Source of the DNA: Selaginella moellendorffii
Taxonomy: Eukaryota > Plantae > Lycopodiophyta
Assembly: GCF_000143415.4 (NCBI RefSeq)
Contig: NW_003314271.1
Coordinates: 806,001-870,000, forward strand
DNA: 64,000 nt
Reading direction: 5' to 3'
Shown piece by piece: positions 46,637 to 57,630 of this stretch (position 1 is its first letter; each line of letters opens with the position of its first letter). The notes beneath the pieces were generated by a model. It saw only the letters and a program-made list of their open reading frames with translations. It had not been told where the DNA came from and searched no databases. The translations under genes were made by a program, and so were the position numbers.

Positions 46637-48089
46637 TCAAGGATTCACTGCCTGGCTCGTCCAATCTCCACCGCTGGAGCTCCGGAACACTATTCTCTTG
46701 TGTTGTTTAAGATGCAAGTAGTCAACCTGTTCGCTAAGATTGTAATCTTCTGGAAAAAAAAATCAAAACTTCACAGACCTCAACCGGGTGGAGCGTAACA
46801 ACGCAGAAGGTATCAACGGGGGGCTGCGTGCTCTCGAGCCGAACCTCTTCTGGATGAGACTCTTTTGGCTGGCCTGGATGTGGCCACGTAAATTGTTTTC
46901 GAGTTTGCAAAGAGCTGCTAAACCATGACTTCTCTCTTATCTACACACAGACCACAAGATCAAAGTCCAGCTTTTTCTAGAACCGAAAAGCGCACCTCTT
47001 TCTTTAACGGATCGTCTTCCGTGTGGCTTATAACTTCGATGTCACCGTGAATGCGAAATTGTTCCCAGCTATCAGTGAAGTAATAACAAACCTGCAAGGA
47101 AAAAGATTAGAAGAAGAAATACTTAGAATCAAACAGCGTCAATCACCTCGGCCACGGGACAGTGTTGAGCTTCTTGTACCTTGCAAAGGAAACAAGGAGA
47201 GCTATCACATATTTAGCCGCGAGAGATCGGAGTGAAAGCTTTTGGCAGCATGCTTGCCTTGTTGCTTCTGGAGTCTGTCGTAAACAGCAGATCGTCAGTC
47301 CCGTCAGCAAATCCCCTGGTCGAGAACCAAAAGAAAAACCACAAAAAAGCCAGTTGGCCATGGCAGATACTCTCAAAGACACGAAAGACTTGCCTGAAAA
47401 CGACAGTTCGATTTGCGGGTGTTCCATTTGCTCTAACAGTAGCCTGCCAATCGCATGAACAACAGCTTGTAAGAAAGAATTCCAGAATTCAAGTGAAAAA
47501 AAAGTCCGAAGTTCTCTTCCAGGAAAATCAAGAAGGCATGCAAACACATTACCAAAAAGAGCTGCACACAATCTTCACAGGACAGTACAGCAAGCACGAA
47601 GAACTCCTGGGAGAAACGAGCTAGAATCACGAGAATTTCGAGAATGACTAAGCTCTACAACTACGAAATCAAAGGAAAAAATTTTCCAGAAATTCACTTG
47701 TCCGACAGCTCTAGCAAGAAATCGCATGAACAGCGTGTAAGAGAAAGAATTCCAGAAATCACGAATCCGAATTTCTCTTCCAGGAAAAGATGCAAGCTCC
47801 AGAATCATTACCGAAAAGAGATCTTCACAGGAGCACGAAGAACTCCTGAGACTACGAACCAGATCATAAGAAACTCGAGAATGACTCAAGCTCTCACAAC
47901 TACGCAATTAAAGGAAAAATTCCAGAAAATTCTCTCTTCCGGCAGCTCTAGCAAGAAATCTTCGTCTTGCTTTGCTTGAATCAGGGAGGAATCTCTTACC
48001 AGCTGACAAAATCTGCTGTGCCGGAGCCGAGAATGCGATTCTAGAGCGCTCTCCAGTAGCTGGCGCCATGGAAGAATGCGCTCACCCAT
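46637..48089 (-). CDS. Pyridoxamine 5'-phosphate oxidase-like FMN-binding protein (PPOX2-like), multi-exon
   Basis: Exons read MGERILPWRQLL..FCQL / ATVRANGTPANRTVVFR / GFADGTDDLLFTTDSRSNK / ..VCYYFTDSWEQFRIHG.. / VDYLHLK..VNP*. Confidence 0.8.
47450..47960. repeat. Degenerate ~240-270 bp tandem duplication in intron 1 of the PPOX2-like gene
   Basis: AATCGCATGAAC..TTCTCTTCCAGGAAAA at ~47450 and ~47719; GAATGACT..CAGCTCTAGCAAGAAATC at ~47643 and ~47879. Confidence 0.7.
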
Positions 48090-48245
48090 TCTCCAAGAAC
48101 ACAGACAAAACCTAGGGCTTATAGTCTTCTTGCATATATCAATCGATGATAGAAATAATATCAAGCAAAACAATGGAGGGATCTATGGATCGAGCGATCG
48201 ATCCAAGAGCTTGATTGATCTATGAAGAATCCATAGTCAAATCTT

Positions 48246-48748
48246 CTAGGAGCACAGGCTACTGCCACTGTTGCATCGCCCGACGAAGACGCCATTGGGG
48301 TAATTCCCAGCGTAGTTGAGATAGGCCATGAATTCGACCGGGCAAGTGGTGGAGAAATCGTTCACTTGGGTCGTGTACTTGCAAGCCATCTTCTTGAACG
48401 CGCCACAGCACGCCTCCTGGTGATACTGGGGTCCCTTGCAAACGCTCGTCACCTCGGCGTAGTCCACCTTGGAGAAATCCGTGGCGCAGCCTGCCCAAGG
48501 AAGAGATTTGCGCGACTTGGATGGATCAAACAAGAATGGATCCAAGAGAGAGCTTACCTGTGGAGCTCTTGGAAGCGGCAGTCACTTGTGCCTCGCTCAT
48601 CTCGAATCCGGCAGTGTAGGCGTGGGCATCTGGAATGAAAATGCCGAGATTACAGAGACCACCGTCGCAAGATCCAATGCTCACCGTGTAGAAACGCTGC
48701 GAAGACAAGCGCCAGGAGGAGGAGGACGATTTGGGTCGAGGAAGCCAT
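48246..48748 (-). CDS. LORELEI-like (LLG) cysteine-rich secreted protein, 3 exons
   Basis: Signal peptide; CATDF..VTSVCKGPQY..CCGAFKKMAC..VND..CPVEFMAYLN..GNYPNGVFVGRC. Confidence 0.85.
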
Positions 48749-48937
48749 GGCCAAGCTCGCAGAGAGACGATGGATCGAGCGAAGAGATCGCAGCGGCGAT
48801 GGGTAAAGGTGTGGAAAAGAGGAGATGAATTTATTCGTCACACTCCACTTACCTAACAAGCTTTCAATGCTCTGCTGATTCAGGCAGTGTGTCAGAAAGG
48901 CGGTCAGGAAATTTACTCTTCTCGAAAAGGGCGGACG

Positions 48938-49075
48938 GGGATTCGATCAAGTTTAAGATCATTTTCCAGAAATCTTAAGCGCCATGCTGGGATTCGATCA
49001 AGTTTTTCCAGGAATCTTAAGCGTCATGCTGGGATTCGATCAAGTTTTTCCAGGAATCTTAAGCGCCGCGCTGGA
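48938..49075. repeat. ~42-bp tandem repeat, about 3 copies
   Basis: GGGATTCGATCAAGTTT..CCAGGAATCTTAAGCG..GCT repeated. Confidence 0.85.
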
Positions 49076-49249
49076 TCATGAGCTATCAAGTAAGCTTAAA
49101 TGTTTCTTTCTTTATTCCTAGCATCTACCTCGATGAATATTTATATGGCAGGGATCTCGCATTGCTAGCAGCGGAGCAACCAAAAGAATGGCTTGTAGAG
49201 ATCCAGGAAAGAATGGCAAAAAAAAGAGAAAGAAGAGATATGGGCGCTC

Positions 49250-50839
49250 TTAACTCGTCACCAGGACCCATACCGCCTGGCTGGGGATCCCGTTGTGAAG
49301 CGCAAAGAGCATGTAGTAAGATGGAGGAGCCACGCCGGAGCTCGGGGGTGCCGTGCTGGCCACATAGTAAGTGTTGGCGTAACTCAGCACCGATGCTGCT
49401 ACTGGCAACTTGAGCTGCCGCTGGCCTTGCGAAAAGGAATGCGTGGTAAATGGCGAGCTCAGCAGCGTAAGCTGGATGTTCCCGACCAGCTTTCCGGGGA
49501 TCGCAACGTCGACGCTGAAAGGCATGCCGTAGGTGATGGTGAAGGGGTTCTTCGCGATCCTCGGCCTCAGCCAGTCATTGGTAGCGTCCAAGTATGCCGG
49601 AGAGAAGGTTTCCACTCGGAGCTCGGTCGGGAATGGGCCAGTGTACTGATACGTGTAGCGGGTGTTACTCCCAGCAACGAGAACTCGGCCGTCGGGAAGA
49701 AGGTTGGCGGTGGAGTGATAAACTCGGGGGATGGTGGACGGAGCCTGGATCTCGAAAGTTTTCTTGTCCGGGTCGTAGAGAAGCGGATTGAGGATGGGAT
49801 TGGAAGCGAGCAGATATCCTTGCGAGCCGTTTTGTGCGCCGTTGATGATCAGGACTTTGGCAGTCGGAAGCAGCACCATGTCTCCCATGTTTCTCCGGAA
49901 AGGCATGTAGGACATGTCCCAGAAGGGGGAGTTGGAGGTGACTTCCATCCGGCCGCAGGTCTGCGAGGCACCGTATTGAGGGCCCGAGCTTTTGAACGAG
50001 GCCTGGTTTGCTCCACCGCAGACGAGGACTTCGGCCTTTGAGTAGCTGTTGGCGGTGTCGAGAGCGAGCATGACGGAGCTTCCGGAACAGGGGTAGTTCC
50101 TCGGCTCGCCTGGGATGGTCGGGAACTTCCTGACGACGGTGTTGGTGAAGTAATTGAGCAGGATCGAGTCGCGGTTCGCAAAGATGTAGAGAAGGTTGCT
50201 TGGGAGGAGGTGGAGGTATGGATACAAGTTGTCATCCTGGAAGTCGGCCGTATCCTTGAGGAACTGGAGATAGAACTGGCCGCCAGTCGGCTGGAACTCG
50301 TAGTTGTAGACTCCGCGGCCGCCAACAACGATAATTCGTCCGTCGGGGAGGATCTGGTTGCTCGCGTACCACCTTGAGGATTGCAAGTTGGTGCTCGACT
50401 CCATCCAGTTGCACCAGGAACCGCTGGAGCAGGGAGTGAAGTAGCGGATGATGCTACCACCGTCGGCACTCCCCCCGGTTTGCATGAGAGTTCCATTGGG
50501 AAGGAACTGGCCGGAGCTACACCAGGTGTCCGAGTATATGAAAACGGGGCGTACCGTGTTAGAGGATGGATCGTAGATGACCGAGTGAGCGGTGCAGTCG
50601 TGAGTGGTCATCATGTCTGCTGGATTATCTCGGCAGTTTCCGACCAGGTTGATTGCCGAAGGCCCAATGTTGGTGCGGTCGAGGAAGATGACGTTACCAT
50701 AGTGAGTGACGGCGGTGTGCATGGAGGAAATGCCGGCATTCTGGAGAACAATGTTGAATCGGCCCGGCTGCTGAGCGAGTGAGAGGCAGAAGCAGCAGCT
50801 CAAGAGCGCCAGGACTGTCCTCGCTCTCCTGTTATTCAT
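49250..50839 (-). CDS. Glyoxal/galactose oxidase-like copper radical oxidase
   Basis: Signal peptide, GISSMH, DTWCSSG, RWYASN, NLYPY, PRVYHS, FTTHSFSQGQR; single exon, 529 aa. Confidence 0.93.
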   Translation of the reverse strand: MNNRRARTVLALLSCCFCLSLAQQPGRFNIVLQNAGISSMHTAVTHYGNVIFLDRTNIGPSAINLVGNCRDNPADMMTTHDCTAHSVIYDPSSNTVRPVFIYSDTWCSSGQFLPNGTLMQTGGSADGGSIIRYFTPCSSGSWCNWMESSTNLQSSRWYASNQILPDGRIIVVGGRGVYNYEFQPTGGQFYLQFLKDTADFQDDNLYPYLHLLPSNLLYIFANRDSILLNYFTNTVVRKFPTIPGEPRNYPCSGSSVMLALDTANSYSKAEVLVCGGANQASFKSSGPQYGASQTCGRMEVTSNSPFWDMSYMPFRRNMGDMVLLPTAKVLIINGAQNGSQGYLLASNPILNPLLYDPDKKTFEIQAPSTIPRVYHSTANLLPDGRVLVAGSNTRYTYQYTGPFPTELRVETFSPAYLDATNDWLRPRIAKNPFTITYGMPFSVDVAIPGKLVGNIQLTLLSSPFTTHSFSQGQRQLKLPVAASVLSYANTYYVASTAPPSSGVAPPSYYMLFALHNGIPSQAVWVLVTS

Positions 50840-52326
50840 CTTGGCATCGATAGGAAGCGATGAGATCTTTTGTTCACTACGATTCCAGCGGCAGCAGCAG
50901 CAAGCAGGAATGTAAGTAGTGACTACTTTCTTTTGTCTTTCTTTCGATCTTGTGACTCACAGTTTCTTTTTCGAGCAGGAACCTGAATGTGAACAACTCT
51001 TGTGTGCTCCTGCTCCTGCCAAGCGAAGCGAATGGAGAGCTAAAGCCTGCACGGAGTTGAGACTGATAGATTTCGCAATGCTGCAAGGAAGTGGCCACGT
51101 CTATCTGACTATGGAGCTGCTCCTACGAGCCTTTCAATCAAGACCTCACCAAAGCTGTAGACTCGGAAGAGCCGTGCTCTTTACTGAAACGAGGGAAGCG
51201 CACACATCAACCTCACGGCCACTGCTGCGCCACTGCTACACTCTGCTGCAAGCGTCGGCTTTCCTTTGGCGTTGCTCCAGGAAGAAGAGGCGAGCTAAAT
51301 GGATCCAAAAACACGATCGAGGCACCGAAAGACAGGCCAGTGGTAAGTTTCCTTTCTATGCTTTTCCTTCATGTTTCTTAAATGTCGTCCTGGCTCTGTC
51401 TTTAGAAACAACAGGGAAGCAGCAGCTGGAGCTTTAACTAGTCGATCCGGCTTATTATTGAACGATTAGTTATCAACAAGAAAGTAGAGGTGGTGGACAA
51501 AAAATAAAGATTTTCCCGCTGTTGGTGGTCTGTCGGCATCGAGTGGTATGTTAGCTGGAGTTTGCTAATGACTCTGATTCGTGGACCCTCACATTGTTTC
51601 GCAGTTGTGCTTGGAAGTTTTTATTCAAGGCTTTGGTTGTTGGAAGGAGGAATGAAGCCTTTGTGTTGGTGGTTCGATCAAGTCACAACGCTGCTCTTGG
51701 CTTGAGTTTTCGCACAAATTCTCGCGTCTTGGACATGTGCCACTGCCGTGTGGGTCCTCGTCCTCATTTCGCAGCAAAGCAGCGCATGTTCGTCCCGCAA
51801 CCAACACCACGCTTTGACGATGCGCTTTCATCCATTGGCTCGGGTCTCTTAGATCCAACGCGAGAATATGGTGTACTAATGGCAAGCTGTTCTTCTCTTT
51901 TCTTTTCCAATGGCAAGCTATTTTCGTCTCTCTTTCAGTACTCGATCTTTCACTGGAGTAACTTTTTTCCGCGTTTCGCCTCGACATGGAATGATTAAGA
52001 AGACTTGGTGAGCTCTTCAGTTTTTTATTTTATTTTGTTCGATCTGTTTCCAGATTTTTGAGCTTCCAACGTGATCTTTCCCTGGAATATCTTATGCTGC
52101 CAGATGTTCCCAAAGGTTATTTTTTCTTGTTTCCGGTCACAAGCACCGAAGCAAAGCATCATTTGTTTTTTCTTGCTTGCCAGCTACAAAGGCGCAGCAA
52201 CAGTGACACGGAGAAGTAAAGCTGCGCTATCGTGTGCTCCAGCCAGGACTAAGATCCAAAACTTTTATACTTTATAATCGAAATAGACGCAAATAGACAT
52301 CAAAGATTGGAAATATAAGTTGCAAC

Positions 52327-54295
52327 CTAACTTGAACTTCTGCAATCTGAGGTGTAGCCTTGAACATTCTCGCAAACCGCTCCAGCCGCCTTTCCAGAGC
52401 TGCCCAGGGTCAGCTTGACATTGCTGAAGTGGATGTTCGTGCATGCGCCGCTTGAGCTGCAGTGCAAGTTGATGCCGTCCGGAGATGCCGAAGTGCCCAC
52501 GATATTCGAGTACGTAACTCCCTGGATTGTTAGAGACGACCCCTGGTTTCACAAAATCATACAAACGTTAGCAAGTGAGAAGAGACGGGGTGTGTCGAAT
52601 ATTTGATATCTCACCCGCTTCTTGCCACAGCCGCCATCGCAGTAGTTTTGATCGATAATGATCGGGTTCTTCACGTTGTCCATGCTGATATTTTCAAATA
52701 TCACATTGCTCACGTAACCTTTGCCACCCTACATTCATGCAGTTTCGTCAAAGTGTTTCGATGGTTTTACCAACTTTTACCTGCCATGTCTTGATCCGTA
52801 CGCCATTTGTGGCCGCGTCGATCTTGACACCTGAGACTTGAACGTTGGAAACGGTGGCGTAAGACCCGCCCTTGCCAAGGCTTCCGATGCTGATGCCGTG
52901 ACCAGGGCCGCATCGCCCGCCCAAAACCTGGATGTTGGAGCTCCCAGAAACAATCGACACGCAGTCGTCACCTTCAGATATGTGTGCAAAGAAAAGATAG
53001 TTAAAACACTGATATCAGAATCTGATATAGGAAAGTTACCGGCAGAGATGTCTCCGTCTCTAACTACAACATTAGTGCTCCCTGAAACGTGAATACCATC
53101 GGTGTTTGGGCTGCTTTCTGGAGAATTTATCACCACGTTTGTTGCCTGGATGGCCTGAGAGTCCGAAAACGTAATGTGGATTTGGGGACTGTTGGTTATG
53201 GTGATGCCTTCCACCTTGATGTTCTTGCTGTCCTCAAACCTCACAGCCTACAGTAAATCAATCAATCACGCAATCATGCATATAATCTAAACTTTACCGT
53301 GGGAGCATCTGTGCAGCGCTGGTGCAAAAATTCACAATTTACAAGTCAATCTCTTATTTTTTTTGGGAATCTAAGAAATCTTACCTGGCTTTTGTCTTTC
53401 TTACAGGAATGAGCCCACCAATCTTGGCCGTTGCCGTTGAAAGTTCCGCCAGTCAGTGTGAAGTCCGTCACCTTAGTGAACAGGAGCCAGCTTTTCTCGG
53501 AGGAAAACTTGGACAGCCACGCACTCCTTGGGATGGCATGCAGAGTTCCATCCACCTGAAATATTGATATACATTTTAGGATATGAAACATCATGTGATA
53601 TGTGATTAACCTTCATTGTGACGCTGGTACACTCTCCAAACGAGATTGGGCTGAGGTAGTAGCCCGCCGACGTCGATGGAACCAAGATAACGGCATTGTC
53701 GCCGGCTTGGCATGCTGCATTGTAAGCGTCTAGGAAGGCCTGCAAATCGGAAATTATAAATCAAAACATCGTAAGATTGATCACATACCTGGGCATCATC
53801 GTGCTTTCCATCGCCGACAGCTCCATAGCTCTTGACGTCAAACTCTTTGCCAGTGAGCGGTGACGAGCTCCTGGGTGGTGGCGGCGACCGTGGTAGCGTG
53901 ACAGAAGGGGGAGGAGGAGCCTTGGCTGGCGGAGGAGATTTAACCTTTGGAGCCTTCGGAGCCTTTGGAGCTTTCGGAGGCTTTGGAGCATGATGGGGTG
54001 GCAGAGGAGGTTCATCTTCAAACGGAGGAGGAGATCTAACCTTTGGAGCCTTCGGAGCCTTTGGAGCATGATGGGGTGGCGGAGGAGATTCATCTTCAAA
54101 CAGAGGAGGAGATCTAACCTTTGGAGCCTTTGGAGCCTTGTGTGATGGTGGTGAATGCTTGGGCGACCAATCTCGGTCCCCATCCCTGGGCTTCTTCTTT
54201 CCAGTGTGATCGTGAGATGCTAACGCACTTTGGCCACAGCAGCAAGCAATAGTAATGGCAAGAAACACACAGAGGAATATAGATAAATTCGCCAT
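52327..54295 (-). CDS. Polygalacturonase (GH28) with Pro/Lys-rich N-terminal extension, multi-exon
   Basis: FDVKSYGAVGDG, SPNTDGIH, GDDC, CGPGHGISIGSLG, RIKTW. Confidence 0.93.
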
Positions 54296-54515
54296 TGTTG
54301 CCTATTTTCTCAAAAACAATTTTGCTATTTTATAGTCTTTTTTTTCTACCATAAATTATCTGCAATCTGATTTTGTAATATTTATAATTTAGAGAAATTT
54401 TTATCGTTCGAGAAATAAAAATACTTTCGTGTTTATATGGGTTATTGGTTTAGTTGTTAAAGGAGAGTTTTTTTTAACAGCTTGTTAACAGAGAGTTAGG
54501 GTTTTAGTGGCGGCA

Positions 54516-55598
54516 ATGCAGCAGCAATGCGGGAAGGAAATGCCCGCGATCTCGCGCAGTCCGGGCTTCTCTCGTAGATTTCCTCCGGCGCAAGTGTGCT
54601 TGAGCAGGAGATTCTCTGGCGCAGCGTCCAGAGCTGCCACTAGAGCTCTCGCGAGATCGGAGCCTGTTTCTACTGTGGAGGTAAGGATTATAATTCTTTT
54701 CTGGGATTTGGTAGCGCTTAGGAGATCCATGCGCAGGTGGAGGCGCTGCTGGATTTGATAAAATGGGACAGCAGTGGCTTGGCTGTGGCGATTGCGCAGG
54801 ATGTTGACACTGGGGCGATTTTGATGCAGGGATTTGTTAATCGGGACGCTGTCTCGGCCACGATTGCGTCCAAGCGAGCGACGTATTTTAGTCGAAGTCG
54901 TCGATCTCTTTGGACCAAAGGAGAGACGTCATCCAATTTTATTGATGTTGTGGATGTCTATCTCGACTGTGATAGAGATTCGGTACGCTCTTTCTTTCAT
55001 ACTTTTGTGAGCTCTTATCGAGCTTTTGTTTTCGTGTTGTTCCTCTACAGATTATTTACTTGGGAAAGCCTGACGGGCCGACTTGTCACACAGGAGCTGA
55101 TACGTGCTACTTTACTCGTGCTGCTGATATCCTCCAGAACAAGCCTCTGGTCTGTGTAAACTCACAATATCGTTCTTCCACTGATAGGTTTTTTTACAGA
55201 TCGGAGAGAATGGATTGGCAACTTCTACCTTGTACGATTTGGAAAGAGTTATTCAACAGCGGAAGTCAGAGCCCGATGGGAAAAAGCCGTCGTGGACGAA
55301 GCGGCTTTTGCAGGACCAGAAGCTGCTTTGCTCCAAGATAAGGTGTGCTCTGCTTTCATGCCTCTCGCGCTTGACTAGAAACTTTGGCAGGGAGGAGGCG
55401 GGTGAGCTGTGCAAGACAGTGGAAGAAAACGAAGGCAGGAAAAGGACTGTATCAGAAATGGCCGACGTCTTGTACCATTCGATGGTGCTGCTTGCAGCGC
55501 AAGACGTGAAGATGGCAGAAGTTATGGAAGTTTTGAGAGCGAGATTTTCTCAATCAGGCATTGAGGAGAAGAGCAGCCGAGGCAGGAGTTCAAGTTGA
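54516..55598 (+). CDS. HISN2: Bifunctional phosphoribosyl-AMP cyclohydrolase / phosphoribosyl-ATP pyrophosphatase (HisIE), multi-exon
   Basis: ILMQGF, YFSRSR..LWTKGETS, DCDRDS, GPTCHTG..CY, SWT..LL, EEAGEL, EMADVLYH. Confidence 0.93.
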
Positions 55599-56889
55599 GG
55601 GATCTTTCAACTCAGGCCATAGATGTTGGAACTTCCAAAATGCAAGACTCTAGCACCAACATGTATTTCATTCTAGAACGTTATGTAGGATTGTGCTTAC
55701 AGTCCAGATATGGGACCCTTTACAACATTAGCTAGTTAGGTAGTTTCTGGGAATGGAGGGCACACAGTTACAAATCGGTGGAATGTGTGGTGCGCAACGT
55801 TCAAACTAAAGTGGACCTCAGGGCTGTCTTGCTATATTTAGCTGTAAAAAATATCGCTCCCGCTGTAAAGGAGAGTGTTTTTAGAAAGCCATATTGTGCA
55901 ACAAAGGCATCTACAATCTGATTTATCGCTATAATAGCTATTTCCAGTGCGCACGAGGTATATGGTATTATTGATAAAAGATTTCTTAGACTTAGAGAGA
56001 TTTGTACTATCACATAGATCGGTTGGTTTGACGCTAAATGTATGTATTTGGTAATACTAAAAGGAAGCTTGACTTATCATATTTATTTAAAATGTAGGTC
56101 CTATCGGATCGATTCACGGTGACCGTGACTTGTAAGAAATCTACATATTTTGGTTGAGCATAATTGTTTCCTCTTTTATATTAAGATAGATCAGTACTAG
56201 GTTACACTATACATTAGTATATTTATTATTTGTTTCCAAATATCATTTCCAAATTGTATTTAAGTATTTGCAACAGAGAGTGACATATTCTTTTACCTTT
56301 TTATTATATCCACCTTCTATTGTTTAGTTTTCTTATATTAGATTCTCTTTGAATTGGCTGTGATATCTGAATAAACTACTACTATGTACTAAAGTCCCGG
56401 AGCAAAGTGAGATGTAACAAAGTTAATCAACCACTTCAAGGACGTCTAGCTATATCTTTAGTTTCACAAATTGACACATGACAAAGTGAGAAAAGCTTAT
56501 GTCTTGCAAACATATGGTGAGCCTTAGCACCCACTATAGTGGTTCTTACCACCGGAGAGTGGAGGGTTCATCCCAGCGAACTATAGCTGGGCAAAAAGAA
56601 AGTAAGAAAAAACAACACGTCTCTTTTGGGCAAACCATATAATGAAAAAAGAACAAAACAGTGGATATACCGAAGATTACACTCCTTAAAAAAAACGTGG
56701 AAAGCTCGAGGCCGTGCAAATTGACGCAAATGCATGGCTAATTTAGCGTCTACCCGGGTACAGAATGCGCCGCCTGCGCCTCCCCTCAAAAAATACACGT
56801 CCCCACGGTGAAAAAGAAAAAACGAGAGAGAGTGCTTCGTTTCTTGCTTCCCCACTAGCTCCCACTATTTCTCTACTCTGATCCCAGTG

Positions 56890-57630
56890 TGTCAACACGG
56901 AGAGCTTTGACACTTGGCTTCCCATCGATTCAATTGCTCACATGATGTTTTAGTTGGATGGTGTGCCGATGCTTGTTCCAGGAATGCATCCCTGGTAGTC
57001 CGCTGCTCTAAAGTGTCGTCCTCTTGCTTGACCAGGCCATTCTCGATAGGTTCACAAAACTTCATTCCATCCACTCATGTCTAAGCTCACGACAGGACTG
57101 AGAGCCTTCTGGCTGAGGAACATGTCTACAGATAGTTTGAATCGAGCCACCACCTTGTCCAGACCGAAAGAAACTCCCTTGAGTTTCCGGCAGAAGGGTG
57201 CAAGAAAGCTTCCAGACGCACTGGAGCTCTGTATCCACCTGCATGACCCGGGAAAACTTGAAGGTACTGAACAAGAACAATGTGCTCACACGCACTATAA
57301 GTCATGATAATACAAGTGAGGATACCATCTCAAATTTTTCTTTTTGGTTTTTTTTGGAGAGCTCTATGTACCCTTCCAGTAATGTAGTCTGGCAGCATTA
57401 ACATGCTGCATTGTTATTACGCCCAGAGAAGAGGATCCAAATTTTCAATGGAGCTACTGGAATAAGATCAGGAACCAAAGTGCTGCAATGGTGATGGCTT
57501 TGTTGTGCCTAGGAATTACAAGCAAACCTTGAGCCTCTCGTGACCCTCACAAGCAGCTTGGATGTCTTTCTAATTTCTCCAGTTGTGGCCATCCTTCAGA
57601 AAGTATTTCAAGGCCTTGTGATCAAACAAC
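56890..57630 (-). pseudogene. Inverted degenerate copy of the CAMTA CG-1 gene segment
   Basis: Reverse complement matches 61565-62410 (KDGHNWR.., VLVQYL, TLEQRTTRDAFLEQAS), with disruptions. Confidence 0.8.

Noticed and set aside
50919-52000. Gene between glyoxal oxidase and polygalacturonase
   Set aside because: Some splice-like signals, but no coherent coding frame or motif.
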